Below are positions 13,901 through 27,344 of a stretch of 64,000 nucleotides of DNA, one piece after another. Position 1 is the stretch's first letter; every line of letters starts with the position of its first letter. The notes under the pieces were generated by a model. It was given only the letters and a program-made list of their open reading frames with translations. It did not search any database and had not been told where the DNA came from. The DNA lies in the NCBI GenBank assembly GCA_011109175.1, contig RDEW01000025.1, positions 279,990 through 343,989 of the forward strand, read 5' to 3'. Position numbers and translations under genes: made by a program. This stretch comes from Dicyema japonicum. Lineage: Eukaryota; Animalia; Dicyemida.

Positions 13901-14189
13901 GAAAAAGATAAAGTTCCCAACTAAATGCCCACTGACAACATGGTCGAGGTCATTTCTGAGTGGACGATGGCTCTCCAGAAAGGAAATGTAGGTATTTCGT
14001 ATCTAGGACAGTTTTTTAGGTATTTGTTTATGGCTTCAAAGAGAAGGCTGTTAGGCAGAGTAGCTGCACTCACCATCTTCTGTTGTCATCAAATCAAAAG
14101 ATGTTAATTAAATCGGAAAACTATTTATTATGAAAAAAGAATAATTATTTATTTTGATATTTAAAAAAATAAAAATTATTTTATGAATT

Positions 14190-14530
14190 TGGTTAATGCC
14201 AGTCTTGATGAACATTTACAAGCAATACATCGAACCATGCTTCTCGTACACGTGTGCTTCGTGGGGACCTTCATTATCATGGACGAACACTAAGAAGATT
14301 GAGGACGTTCAAAAGAAGGCTTTCAGAATGACGGAGCGGTGGTCTTGTGGGAGACAGAACCGGACCGACTACTTTGGAGGCCCTTGTTAAACAAAACTCC
14401 GGCATGCGGGAAGGTGGCCCTGCAAATACAGTCAGCCGTCCTGTACGAGCTTGTGTGAATACGAGGGAGGAGCACCGGGAAAGAATGAGGATTTTGGCGG
14501 AGCGCATCGGGATCACGTGATAGTTAGTTT
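14190..14530 (+). mobile_element. LINE 3' end with (TTAG)n tail
   Basis: MNIYKQYIEPCFSYTCASWG.., ending ..REEHRERMRILAERIGIT then TAGTTAGTT. Confidence 0.7.
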
Positions 14531-14610
14531 TGGTTTTACCGTGGTCTTGGGTGTTAAATAAAAATAAATCAACTTGTATTGTGATAAATTTTGGTTCATT
14601 CGAAACCTCA

Positions 14611-17600
14611 ATGTTTGGATTGTCAAAAATTTCAAAAAAACAAGTAGAACTGGATAATTATCAGCTAATGAGCGGCAATAAATATTTGAATGCTGATAGT
14701 GTGCCTTTTGCACAGTCAAAATACAGTCGTCTTCATATATAATGCCGACCTTAGTACAAATTTATTGGTTTTGGAGGCAAATCTCATTTTTAGAAGGACG
14801 ACAAGTTCATCTCAGATCTTCTTTTCGAGTTCTTTAGTATTGCTTTGAAGGCGCTGGTCTCCCCCGTTTGTTGTTGGCTTATTTAAGATTGACGAACATT
14901 CCCAAGCTATCCAGCTCTTCCTGATTATCCACGACTCCCAAAGGATAGTATGCAATGTAGTCGTGTTTTTTTACAATTTGGCAGATTCAAAAATTTATGT
15001 TAACCGATAATAACCTGAACGTTTTTGAGCGATCCTTGAGGCTGATCGATGACTTTAGAGAAAATTCCCTACAGGAGTCCCTACAAAATAATTATCTCTA
15101 CTTTGAAGACCTACTCAACGAGGCCCTCTGTCAAGTAAAACTAAATCCAACTACGTCGAAGACTTGTAATAACCATTTTTGACTTGATAGCTGACGGCAA
15201 AATCCCAGATGGTGTGTTCAGTTGGATGAAATGTTCTACCTTCTGACAGAGTCCGAGATCTCGTGTTCTTTCATAACAACAGGCCTAAACGCCCAACTCG
15301 ACATTCGAAATGACTCATTTCTTAGTTACGTCGCCGAGAAGACAGGCGGCTCTGTACTTTATGACCTTGATGTTGTCCATATGGTTTCTTACGGTAGAGT
15401 CATGACAAGCGGTCCCTTGTCGACATCCAGAGATCCCTCCTAGGATTCACATACAAACCCAGGCGAGTGCTCTCTCCAAATATGACAGGTTGGTCCAAAG
15501 TTTATCTCCCAGGTGAGTCAAAGCTATAAGATGAAGACATTTGACATTAATTTGTTCGAATTTATCCTCATTAGAAGCAGAGGGGGATTCAGATTGAACA
15601 GGATTGACAAAATACGAGGTTTGATTAGTTTACTTATGGAAGAGACAGGCGAACTCTTTGTTCATATGAGGTTCATGTATTCTGAGATCATTCACCTGGT
15701 GTTAATAATCCACGTGCACAGTATGACCACTTGGTAGTATTTGTCATCTCATATAGTGTTTATGACGTTGAATATAATATCATCGGTCCCCGGTCTTTGA
15801 CTGACTCATTTCAAATGAACGTCTTTCTTCTCAAAGTCGGCTTTTCGGTTAAAGATCAATTCTAACCTGATTTTGTAGTAACCTCAATCATTTCTAGGAT
15901 CAACAACATCAACGCCATGTTCTCCTTTTCTAGGAAACTAATCAGGGAAACTACTATTCCACCAAGGCGTACATCCAGTATTCCACTTATCGTAATTTTA
16001 GCCCGTCTTGGGACTACATTTTCGACAATTTGGAGACCTTCAGGTAATCTACAGCCTTACTGTAGAATGTACTGCACGAATAACTTTAAATTGTGCGTTC
16101 TGGCTGAAAATAAGAAATTTATTTACATAAGGTTGCTCAATCCTTTGCTACTCGGATTTATTCTAGCAAAATTTCTTTATTAAACTTTTTCCTTGCGAAT
16201 TGTACACAGAAATTGTAATTATCTTTAGAAATGAGACTGTGTTTGCATCATTAATGTCACGTGCTCGGACTCAGCGATTCTGGTCAACCTGTATTTTACG
16301 ATCAACGTGAAACTGCAGATATTTTATCAAGTCTGGGACTTTTTTATTCTAGACCATTGATGATGTGCTTATCTTACTGAGAAACTTTCTCAGAGAAAAT
16401 GCCGCGATTTTAACGGTCAGGTCATTGGATGTCTTGCTTGTTGGGTTAGAATTCCTGAGATATTTTAAGATTGAACAGACACGTGTCTATTAACGACGAA
16501 TACCCACAATCAAACGCACTCATGTCGTACTGTGATTCCTGTGTGAGAATGTACACGTGGAGGTGGAATATTGGAATGAGTATCATAACTCCCTTCAGTC
16601 CTACCATCCTTGAGAAGATAAAGGACATCACTGCCAGGTACATGTATCCATTATTTGCAAGGAAACGGAAGAATTATGACGGATTGACTCTAAACTCTAT
16701 CCAAAGGGAATAACGGGTTGCACATGTTCTCGATAGTTGCCCTCACATTGTCACGTGTAGATTAACGAGGACATTGACCTATTCAAAATGAGCGACAATT
16801 ACGTTACAATTCAGTACTTTTTGTATATTCCTTGTGACGACCTCACAGACCACAACATCATCACAGAGTTGTGGATTGAGCCTAAGTATATCAAGGACAG
16901 TCTATTCGAGGAGGTCATGGACAGTAGGACCGTTGACGAGTATGCCGAATATGTACTACTATGGCTCAGTTGTAGGTCTATAAATGTGATTCTGAGTACT
17001 TCATTGATTTGTTCGCAGTCTACTACTTAATTTCCACCAGTGCCCCGAACATGTGAGGACTTTATTCCAATCAGAAATTGAAATTTCGAATGAAAATCAC
17101 GGGGAAATCACAAATATTCTAAAAAAGAGAACTTCTCTGAATACTAACGTTTGAACTGTAGTTATGGCAGATTGACGATTCTGCTCTTGTGATTTGGAAG
17201 TGCTTTTCGTGCAGACTGGATGAGACAATGCTGTGTATTTGTATTTTGTTAGCATCCTTTGATGATTTGAAGTTGTTTGTTTTTGAGGAAGACAGTGGTG
17301 CTGGATAAGGCCCCGATTTTCGTATTTTACTGTCAATTGGATTTTTTATATCTGAATTTCCTTCAGGGTTTTGGTTATAGTCACGTGCAGCAAACTTGTT
17401 AGGAAGACTCTACTTCTGACGATAAGTCAACTATTCGATAACCAAAAACTGAATTTTTTATGCACGAAATGGTAACCGAGGACTATAGTGTAAGTTCCTC
17501 CAAAATTATGTACTCTCTGAAACATTTCATCCAAAAATAGTCGATGAATACATCAAAGTGTATATTCGCGATATTTTCTCAGTAACATGTGCAGGACTGT

Positions 17601-17919
17601 ATTTAGACCTCTGTAAGTACAGTGTGGTCAGCAACTCTGATATTACTTTTGCCATGCAAGAGTTTTACCACTGTAAGTTTGGAATCAATCTGAGGCAGTT
17701 TCTGCTAACCACGTGTCAGGAGTTTTCGAGAAAGTTTTCTTCGTACAGTTCTCTAGTGATGTACGCATTTTTCAATTATTTACTCGACGACGATTACTTC
17801 AAATCCAATAAGCGGTTGAAGATGTCTTTTATTTCAAGTCAATAAAAGAAAATAACGAATTTTTAGATACCTGCATAACCAAGACTCTGGACAGCTTTAT
17901 TGTTGATTTATTTTGTTAA
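14611..17919 (+). CDS. SZT2: SZT2-like (KICSTOR subunit), multi-exon, N-terminal part of the family
   Basis: Colinear motifs resemble human SZT2 from memory: QRSLLGFTY ~ HRAFLLYSF; INLFEFILIRSRGGFRL ~ ADLVSTVSVRLREGYSV; VYDVEYNIIG ~ VTRVEVTMEG; SWDYIF..RMYCTNNFKLCVLAE ~ YWKPVL..RWLHMHRLVLILE; TIQYFLYIP..IITELWIEPKY ~ VVQYILFPP..LVTEVWVEPQY. Frame-restoring introns at 14768-14793, 14866-14887, 15734-15756 and 16044-16065. Start, end and some junctions are uncertain. Confidence 0.7.
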
Positions 17920-17973
17920 ATGATTAGCCCCACTTTATTTAATAAACAATAAAAAAGTTAATATATTTATTAA

Positions 17974-18330
17974 TCAACAACCTTCCTCGCCTGCCTGTTC
18001 GCCAGCCTCCTCAGGCAGGTTCGATTCTGGTTGCTGAAACAACTCCGAGAGCGCTTTGTCTAATTGAACCCTCTGCCCATATGGCATCTCAGGGCTCTGC
18101 CTCCTATACTCCAGTGTCAGGCTCTCTAGGGTCCGCTTTAACACAGTGGACTGTAGATAGGCCTGGAGCTTCCTATCTACCCCCAACTGCTTCAGATAAC
18201 CCTTGTGGTACTTTGTTGCAATTCCTTCCCACGTCATTACTATAGGAATAACGAGGACCTTGCAACCAAGCATCTGCCCCATCTCGTTTGCAAGAAAGTC
18301 ATACTTCCTTTTTTTCTCCAAAATTTATTT
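17974..18330 (-). mobile_element. R4/NeSL-like REL endonuclease C-terminal fragment
   Basis: EKKRKYDFLANEMG..VIPIVMTWEG..YLQSTVLKRTLES, homologous to 7737-8357. Confidence 0.8.
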
Positions 18331-18419
18331 TGTTAAATAATTTAAATTAAAAATTAATGTTTTATTAATTAGTCTTTATCTTTATTTCTTATTAATTTTG
18401 GTTAAATAATAAGTCTTTG

Positions 18420-19415
18420 ACTGACAGAGCAGCGGAGTGATTGAAAAATGGTTCAGTGGAAAGAACTGACTGTCATCTCTTCAGGAGTGTAGGGATCACA
18501 TGGTAATCTATCTCTGGTCTTTTGGAATAACTCCATTTAAGACAACCATGTTTGAATCAAGACTTGTTGAATATAAAACCTTACTTTCATCAAAGTACAT
18601 CTCATTGACTGTATTTGAGGCTCACAAAATGCCTTATTAAACTAATCCTGCCTCTCATAAAACCTTTAGATTTTTAACTAATCCTTCCTGCCTCACACAC
18701 CGATAATTCATATTAATAACTATTCATCAGTTTAGTCAATCTTTACTAATAACCCCCTGTGCTGTAGATTGTGTAAGAATACCCGTTCGATTTACGCCAA
18801 GGTAATACTTTCAGGTTCTCTTGAGCACAATTGGTTATATGTAAGCATGGGTATTTCTATAAACTTCCAGTTGTACATAACTTTGTTACCAATTGTAGAC
18901 CGTTTAGAAATGAGAGCTAAGCAGTTCCTCTCCCAAACCCACAGCCCAGATCATCCCTGTCACTATCTATGCAATTCCTTTAACAAGAGAAAAATTATTA
19001 TAAGAACGAGTGACCTGTATCGAATGCTATCATCATCTCTTACAGCACCAATGACCGGGGTCGTCTGAAGCTGATACGATTATGTTTCTACGAGAACCTG
19101 AAAGTTCTCCAATAGACCAATCAGAATCTCCACTTCCGCAGGACATCCGGGTAAATTTGGCTCGTCTACGATGTGGACACCACACTCCTCTACCAACGTA
19201 CGTGTGTAAACTGGATGATGTAAAATATGTTCTCCATCCCTTTTGCAAACTCTACGAGTTGACAGCAAACCATTTTTTGAATTTCTTGAATTAGTACAAT
19301 ATTCATCAACAATGACAAGACTGACCTATGGGAGCGACTGCCATTTGTTGCGCCCTACTTAATAGCTGCTGGCCTCATGCAAGTTAGTGATGCCGGGTGT
19401 ACTTAACTAACTAAC
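18420..19415 (+). mobile_element. LINE 3' portion with (TAAC)n tail
   Basis: ..LPIVDRLEMRAKQFL..HPCH.., RVNLARLRCGHH; tail TTAACTAACTAACTT at about 19403-19417. Confidence 0.6.
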
Positions 19416-19439
19416 TTGTTACCAAAATTTCATTTTAAA

Positions 19440-21110
19440 ATCTCATCTTTACTTGAGGATGGATCTCGTGCCTTCCTTATCTTTGGTAACAAAAAATTCA
19501 TTTTTCCCTTTTTACCTCATTCTAGGATCACTTAGTATAGAAAATTCTTCAGGACAGGCACATAAGCTTAGTTTTTTATTAAATAGATTGGAGAAGTGTC
19601 ATTTTTTGACAAATATGTGGTTGGTCCCTTACACTCTGCTTTACTCCATCATCATAATTAACTTCTAATAAACCAATGAGTCTCTACTACCCTCGTGGAA
19701 TTCTTCGCTGTCAAACAAGAGTAAATTTCCTTGATCCCTTAATTTAGCTTTATATACTCCTAAACATCGACTTGGCTGCTACATGAAGCAATCATCTTTT
19801 CCAAAGTTATTTTTATTACCACATTGAATATGATCTTATATTCTATGACTTGGCAGGTGGTTATGAATGTGAAATTACGAGACCATCCAAAATGACTAAT
19901 ATCGGGACAATCTTGGCATTCAAATATTGTATCCAACCCTTTGGAAAGAAGGTCACAGTTTTTCGAATTCACTTGCTGAGGGTTTTGGGAAGACGTTATT
20001 TTACTCGGACTAAGAGTATCAGATTATTTTGTTTATCAAAGACGAACAAATCTGTCGTTTTCATGTAAAGCCTTATTTCGACAGACTCATCCATCTCAGC
20101 GGACCTATATTAATGAGTTTCTCATTCTTTCCCGTTTTTAGACCAAACTCCGACAAAAATGGAAGTGTAGGAATCTTACGACTTCATCACGTCTTACATA
20201 ATCTTCATGCGGCATCTCTTCATATTTGTGTCAAAATGGTCCCTGATTTCTTTCACTTTTTACAATATTACACATTCTAGTTATCTCCGAAGAACAGGGC
20301 CAAACATTTCCCCCGATCTTTGAGAATTGATCCCCTTTAGGATCAAATGAGGGAATGCTGCAAACTAACAATCTTTTATTCCTACCTTTATAAAGCTGTC
20401 TGGTTTATCCATTCCTTAAACGCATAATAGGTAATTTACTCAACCCACGTGACTAATAAGAATCAAGAGAAAAAAAACTATATCAAATAAGTTCAAAAAT
20501 AATATGAACAAAAAATCAAGTAAGATGAACCAAAGAACCAGTGCGGCCCCCATAAAGCTAAAATTCTTGACGGACCATGAGAAGATCTCTCCAAACAGAA
20601 TCGGAGAGACAGACCTGACAATAGCCACAACTACAACCTCCCAATGGAAATAAAAACTGTAGAAATTGTATTGACTCCCAACGCCGTACGAATCCACTGA
20701 ATCAAAAATAATTATGACCCCCGTGAAAGTCGTCTTCGATATCCCGTATATCATATGAACACAAAATAGGCTCAATTAAATGACCACGTGATCAGACAAA
20801 TCCATAAGCCAGTAGTTCAAATGGAAGACAAACGATGAGATGAAGCTCCAACAGTCTAATTTGGTTACTTAAATCGATGCCTTCTAGGCGGACATATTTT
20901 GGAAGATTCGGGGGAAGAAAAGGAGTTGGAATATCAGACAGGGAATTTTGGTGAAGAAAATAAAGTTGCCGATTTGATTATTGTCGAAATTGGCTCCTTC
21001 TGGAAGTACTTGGAGTCACAAAATACCATGAACGAAGCTGCAGGACAAAATATAGGGACAAGCTGTTGAGGCCTGATTTTGCAAAAGAAAATAAAAAATA
21101 GACGACGATA
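19440..21110. other. Unresolved probable coding region (possibly a continuation of the SZT2-like gene on +)
   Basis: Non-TE, GC-richer block with intron-like GT-AG segments on both strands; weak + strand resemblance to mid-SZT2 (DRLIHLSGP, EIKTVEIVLTP). Confidence 0.3.
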
Positions 21111-21134
21111 GATACACGATCACGTGGATTACTT

Positions 21135-21800
21135 AATTTATTAAAATAGGGGTACCATAGAATTCTTGAATATGAGTACTTCAGCCGTTTGTAATCCAAC
21201 TATGGTCCACGTGAGGCCTATATTCGAATAGACACTCAACCTCTTTGCCTTCCTGAAAACGGAAGACAAATCGAACAATGTCCTCACTGTCTCCAAGCAA
21301 GGATCTAAGCATATAGGTCTTTCTCCATTGTTCATCCGATCTTCTTTCCATTCTTCTGATGTCCACTATTTCCGTTTTACCTTCATAAAATCTTCAAAGA
21401 TCACGTAGCGCAGTTTCAAAGTATATGACAAATAGCAAAGGTGAGAGGGAGTCCCCTTGAAGAGTATCCACATTATATAGGAATTCTCTTGTGCAGTTTT
21501 GCAAATTCGAATTCTTAAGTTCGTGTTTGATAGGAGAATTCTTACCATTTTCACAGAGTAAGAGTACGGAAATCCTTCCACCTTCTTCGGTAACAGACCT
21601 CGACAACTGTGTCGAAGGCCCTCGAAGCATATCATTGGAAGCATATCACCATCCGTATTACTGCACAAGCAACGATAAAAGCATAAATTTCTTAGATGTC
21701 TAGCATCAAAGATTTCAGTGAAACTTGTATAAACCGTCTGAGTGTCGAGATGTCTCCAACCCAGATGGGCGTTGGTGTGAGGCCGCCATAAATTCAACAC
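21135..21800 (-). mobile_element. RTE-like LINE RT fragment
   Basis: ..DTLQGDSLSPLLFVIYFETALRDL (QGD.LSP.LF motif), followed by degenerate YADD and YLGS regions. Confidence 0.7.
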
Positions 21801-21839
21801 GCTTGTTTGTTTCCTTCTATAGCCCTAGATAGCGCAAAC

Positions 21840-22620
21840 TCTTTGTGAAACTAGATATCTCAATGTATTCAATTCTCTCAGGCGTGATCACATGCTGAAA
21901 TTCTGCGTTTCTATGACTCCCGAAATAGCAAAATTTTTCCATCCCTTGAACCTCTCTTTTTATACAGTACTATTGACCACGTTATTCAGAAGCTATCTGG
22001 TACCTCAACTATGGAACGAATGGTAAGGACCCCTTGATTATCGACGCTTTGGAAATCGCTATCCCTGCTCTGTTAGACCTCACTAAAACCGCCTTGAGAC
22101 AGCAAGGATAGTCGAGTCTTTTGGTACGGTTCTCTAGGAATTTGGATGAAATCCTTTGTGAGAAAAGCTAAATGAACTTGGAAGGTCTGCTGAATGCAAC
22201 GTCTTCTGAGAATTTGGGATTCTTGCTCAATACCTTCCCCATACGCTCAGTTGGTACTCTGCTTGACAGGAATACAATCATTGTTGTAGTTGCTCCTTGG
22301 CTAGGAATTGACGTCTGATTAGAACATTACTTGAAACATGGATGTCGATCCGGTGCGACGGCTGACAAGAATAGAATACCTCCGCTGCCATGTAGACGGA
22401 GCGCCGGGGAATTCCCTCGTCACGCCATACTAAATTCGACAGTCATGAGAGCTATTGAAGATGCCGGGTTTACTTGCCTTCTGATATTCTTCGGTCTTGA
22501 CAGAAGTGATGGCACGAGGTCGGATGGCGTAATGACCATGCCATATGGTCAAGGGATGTATCTTGCTTGGGATTCAGCGTGCGGACACTTTCGCTAATGG
22601 AAATTTGCTCAAGTCATCAT
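21840..22620 (+). mobile_element. CRE-like retrotransposon 3' remnant
   Basis: RHAILNSTVMRAIEDAG..GLDRSDGTRSDG..PYGQGMYLAWD, homologous to 5189-5701. Confidence 0.6.
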
Positions 22621-22629
22621 TGCGCTCGG

Positions 22630-23480
22630 GTTCCTCAGCGAACACTGCTGAAGATTTGAAAAGGAAAAAGTACCACGGAATCGTGAAACGGTTCGTCTTC
22701 TAGCCGATCTCCGTTTACATGTCTGGGGTTACTATTATAGCTTGTACAACATCGTGGAGACTCTCCCATGTTAGATTCCTCAATGTTTACTTGAAAAGTA
22801 GATTTTTCGAAAGTCATTAGGTCGTCTGCATTTTCGAGTTTCAAGATCTCCATTAATTGCAATAGGGAGAGAGTAGCGAGGACGTCAGCGGTATCCATAA
22901 CTGCCCTGGAAGTAAGCTTCATAACTTCCACTTCTCCTTTGGCTGTGAATTGCATATTCTGTAATGCTTTGTTACAAATCTTTTTTGGAATCGTCATTTT
23001 CATCAGCGAGCGTAACTGATTTCTGGAGTTTATTTTTCCCAATGTGACTGCCCCATTTTCCAGAATTGTAGAGACGCACAGGGAGGACTAAAGCGTTGTA
23101 AAGCCGAATAATAAATGATGACCACTCATCCATCTGGACTGTCTTTTCTTTAGTGCCGTTATTGCTAAAGTTTTCTCCTTTTGAGACTAACTTTCTCACT
23201 CTTCTCGATGTTTCTTCAGCTGACGGGCCTCTTTTTCACTTTTGTTATATCCGTTTATTTCGATATTCATTTTTAGTGATTATTTGTCTAACATTTAGGT
23301 GCACAGTTTAGGATATTTTGTACATCGCCCATCTTTTCGGAAGCATAGTCTATGTCGTCGGCATTGACAAGTTCATGGTCTAATTTTTGACTCAAAATAA
23401 ATTCTTTTTTTGAATGAAAAACCGATCCCTCGAAACGAAAGAGATTATTAATGCTTTCAAGTGATAAACTGGTCATATTA
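22630..23480 (-). mobile_element. RTE-like LINE remnant
   Basis: LVNADDID (YADD-like) and IRLYNALVLPVRLYNSGKWG. Confidence 0.55.
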
Positions 23481-23639
23481 TGTCACGAGCGCTGAGCGTG
23501 ATGACAGATGCCAACATCTGTCATGTTAATTGAAAATTAATAAATACTTAAGTTTTGGAATAATTTGTGCATTTTTATATAAAATCATTATTTTTACTAA
23601 TAGAGATTAATCTTAGATAATAATTATTATTATGAGTAA

Positions 23640-24100
23640 AAGTACTTTTCGACTCTCTGTTGACGTTTTCGAGTCACGTGGATGAAATGCTCGCCAAGGG
23701 TCGGAAATGGAACATTCTGAACGCGATGATAAAGAAGAGCCTTTTCCCCCCGGCCGAATGCATCAGCAAGGTTTATCAACAAGTAATCATACCGACCATT
23801 GAATATACCTGCTCCGCATAAAGGTTTTCAATTCCCTTTTCGAGAGTGGACCGTTTGAACTCCCTCAGGCGGAGAATTATGCACCACACGGACATCCCCA
23901 TTGGCGACCTCGTTTCTGATGAGGCAACGTTGAAAAATGGCCAGGGTTTCCTACGTTCCTACGTTTCTGCAAGGAACCCATTCAAGGAAAAGGTGGCCCA
24001 TGCAGAGGAATTTCGGTCGGTAATAAAAAGTGCAAAAAAACAAAGGCCACTTGCAAAGGGTAGGTTATATTTCCATTACTTAAACCTCATTTAAGTCTCA
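23640..24100 (+). mobile_element. LINE 3' remnant (related copy at about 47230-47480)
   Basis: SKVYQQVIIPTIEYTCSA motif; shares gtttcctacgtttctgcaa..aacccatt..gaaaag with about 47330. Confidence 0.45.
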
Positions 24101-24199
24101 TTCTTTATTTTAAGAAGTAAGAACAGTAATGTTAATTAATTCAAGGAATATCCAAAACATTTAGATAGGTCTTGACTTTTCGGTCTTTTCCTTGTGTGT

Positions 24200-24370
24200 G
24201 AGCCACATAAGGGAATCCAGTTCTGTAGTAAAAAAAGACTGATGACGGCGTCACTCGACAACCCAAAGAATCGTAGATGTGTGGTACCTACAACTGAATG
24301 TACGAGGCGAGATTCGAACCCGGGACCTCCTGATTCGGTCTACCATCTCCTCTACCTAAACTTTGGTTCA
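24200..24370 (-). repeat. tRNA-related SINE-like fragment (B-box)
   Basis: ccgGGTTCGAATCtcgc B-box/T-arm at about 24307-24323; the same motif occurs at about 50042-50058; no full cloverleaf. Confidence 0.35.
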
Positions 24371-24709
24371 TCTTATTGAGATCAAGGTAGTAAAAATCTT
24401 CAAAAATAGATTAAAAATCGAATGAATTGTATAGCTCATACAATGAAATATCAACTCTTGAATTTCTCGTCTATCCGTTATTAATATTTTTTTAATTATT
24501 AGGTAAAAATCACAATGATATTATCAGTTCAGATGGAAGGCTTTCAGGTGATCTCAGCCGCCCTCAGATCAGCCTTGACTTGTCAGATATTTCCCCCCGG
24601 AAACGACGCCTCAACTTTTCCCGATGATTCTTCGTTTTATTGCTATCGTAAGAAACTTAAATTATAGATAAATTTATTAATTAATTTATTGTATTTGTTT
24701 AAAAATTCT

Positions 24710-25000
24710 TTTACAATATGGCAAACCTATTAACACAATAGTACATTATTCGGCGTGTGTTTGCCATGCTTTTGTGGTCGTTTCCTTTGATTTTTCTTAT
24801 CTTTTTCTTCTGTTGTTTTGGAATATATTTTCTTATATAATATATGAATTATTGGATAATCAAATAGTGTAGAAGGCTGTTATCAAAATGTCTAATATAT
24901 ATATATTTCGGTAACCTACAAATATGGATTATTCTCTACTATTTGATTTTATTGCCCAATTTTTTTCTATATTATTTTGAAGATTTTACGAGAAATTATC
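24710..25000. repeat. Dispersed repeat, copy 2 (see 5880-6250)
   Basis: Colinear similarity to 5880-6250. Confidence 0.65.
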
Positions 25001-25195
25001 ATTATTGCTAGAAGAATGCTAATTCAGTAAGTTTCTTTACTTTGATGGATTCAAACTGCAATCTATCCGTAGAATAATTGATGATTCTTTTGCCACTTAT
25101 TTCTGCAACTGTAGTTTCGATCAAAATACAGAGAGCTGAGTAAATCTGAAGAGCGTTGAATGAGTTAATATTATTATAACTGAATTATCATTAAA

Positions 25196-26653
25196 TGTCG
25201 CGAGCCATCCGTGTTACATTTTTACCTTGAAATTTGACACCAATCAACCTTGATATTAATCATCTGAAATTAATCCACTTAACACAATTCACAGCTTGAA
25301 AAATTAAATCACCACTAGGCTGAATAACTGTTGTTTCATTAATATTATTAATGTAATATTTAATTTTATAATTAAGTTATTATTTAATAAAAATTTAATC
25401 AAGTTTAATTTTTTTTTTTTTTATTTTTTTTTTTTAAATCAAAAAATTTATTAACAATAAAATATTATTTATTAACTATGGGGGAGAGCGGCTGCTGACA
25501 TCACGGAGTAAGCGTTTCCAAGTTTAATAAACAAGAAAATACGTGTTGACTATAAAAAATAAACAAATAAATCTATTCAACCCTTAAAATTACAATAGAT
25601 ACTAGATCCCTATGCGGCTTTCAGCCGCTGCTCTTCTTCTGATAGATACTAGATCCCTGGCCTTTGACCGCTGTTCTTTTGATAGACACTAATATAAATA
25701 AACATAAAGAAATTCAATTTTATTACAAAAGTTTAACGAATTACTCTAATTAGGGATTTTAGCACTTTTTTTTCTTGTTCAGAATTTTTAATTCTAACTT
25801 TGTTTTCCGATATTATTTTCTCAACCGTAAAGGGTCCTATTGTAACCAAATTTAAAAAACCTTCATAAAATGAATTCAATTTCATTTTTTTATATTTTGG
25901 ATCGTTATTAAAGTCTTTCGCTACTAAGACCGAATCTCCTATTTCCATTGATCCATTATTTAAATTTCGTTTTCTTTTCATTCTCTGATAATACTGTTCA
26001 TTGTTAATTTCAACATCTAAAATAAAAATGTTTTCTATATACCTTCATTTGATTTTATTTCACAGTCATCCTCATAAAATATATTTGAGATCATGATTTT
26101 CTTCAGACCATCGACTCAAATCTACCATATCCATTTGATAACGCTCTCTTATAGCTTTCGCTTTAATGTTTATAAAAGGAATATGTGCTTTTAGCGGCTG
26201 ACTTTGTGCACACGCCATACATTCAGCACAAACTTTTCGGATGATAGATCTCTTAATAGTAAAAAAATAGTTGTCAGAGTATTCTTTCATTTTGTTTACT
26301 CCATAATGCGTTTTCAAATGTAAATTCAGACTTCATAGTTTCCAAATAATCTTGAGCAATTACAATTTTTTTGTTCCATCATTGGTTATTAGCCTAGAGT
26401 CTTCTAGTTAGAAACATTTTGTCTTATTTAGAAATCGGGACTTCTTCATTCCAGTTAAACTTCCATCAATCTTATTGTTTTCCAAATAAGCAACAATATT
26501 TTTGTACTCTTCAATAGTTAGTACTAAATTTTTAAGTAGCATTTTTGATAAAAACTGCAACATCTGAATATCAAGGTTTATTCGTGTCAAAAAATATAAA
26601 TTCAAGGTCAAAATGTAACACGATTGAATTTGTAACGCGGATGGCGCGCCACA
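25196..26653 (-). mobile_element. Ginger-like integrase DNA transposon with TGT..ACA TIRs, internally deleted
   Basis: Imperfect TIRs TGTCGCGAGCCATCCGTGTTACA (from 25196) and the reverse complement of TGTGGCGCGCCATCCGCGTTACA (ending 26653). Internal frames HYGVNKM..CAECMAC..RERYQMDMVDL (integrase Zn/core) and GDSVLV..GPFTVEK (C-terminal). No TSD match. Confidence 0.7.
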
Positions 26654-27344
26654 TTATATACCACATCATCTTTTAATATTTTTTGGCGACATTAATTCTG
26701 GGATTTAATTTCTGATAATTTTAATTCTATTTGTGTCACAGAACCAATCCAAATAACTTCATCCTTGGAAAAAAGATATGAAAAAATTATCCCTCGCAAT
26801 AGTCTTTAATTTTCGATCCTTTGTACATTGTTTGGCGTGTTGTTTCTGTGTGGTTTTTTCATTCTTGCATCTCACGTTTTTTGTATATTTTTTCAATATG
26901 TATCAATTTGACCGTTAATAAAATGTCTAATATAAATATTGATTATTTCCGTTATTTGATTTTGCTGTACTTAGGTTGTGAGTAAAATTTTGTTGTATAT
27001 ATCAATGTTTTGAGATTTATTTGATTTTTTTGAAAATTTTATAATGTTCAAATCAAGGCTGACTAAATAAACAATTATCTGGATTTGTTTTCTCAACATA
27101 AATTCTTACGTTAGAAATCAAGGCCATTTATACTTTCACTTTTTTTCACATCATCAAACATTTTGGATTTTTTCTCGTTATTGTTTTATAGAGCTCAATG
27201 TATACGAGGATAATTTGGTATTCTACGTTAAATATTAACTTCTTTACAAATTTTAATGTTTTTGAAAATAGTCCGATCCTTTGAGTGGATTAATTCTCAT
27301 TAAAATATTTAATTGTTTTCATTTAATTTTTAGGGACAGATGAT

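Noticed and set aside
19700-20420. CD36/SCARB-like reading on the - strand (DEVVRFLHFHFCRSL; SKNCDLL..FEC)
   Set aside because: Motif spacing does not fit CD36, there are in-frame stops, and the + strand offers an equally weak alternative; left unresolved.
24300-24365. Functional tRNA gene
   Set aside because: Only an imperfect T-arm/B-box is present; no acceptor, D or anticodon stems. The same applies to about 50040.
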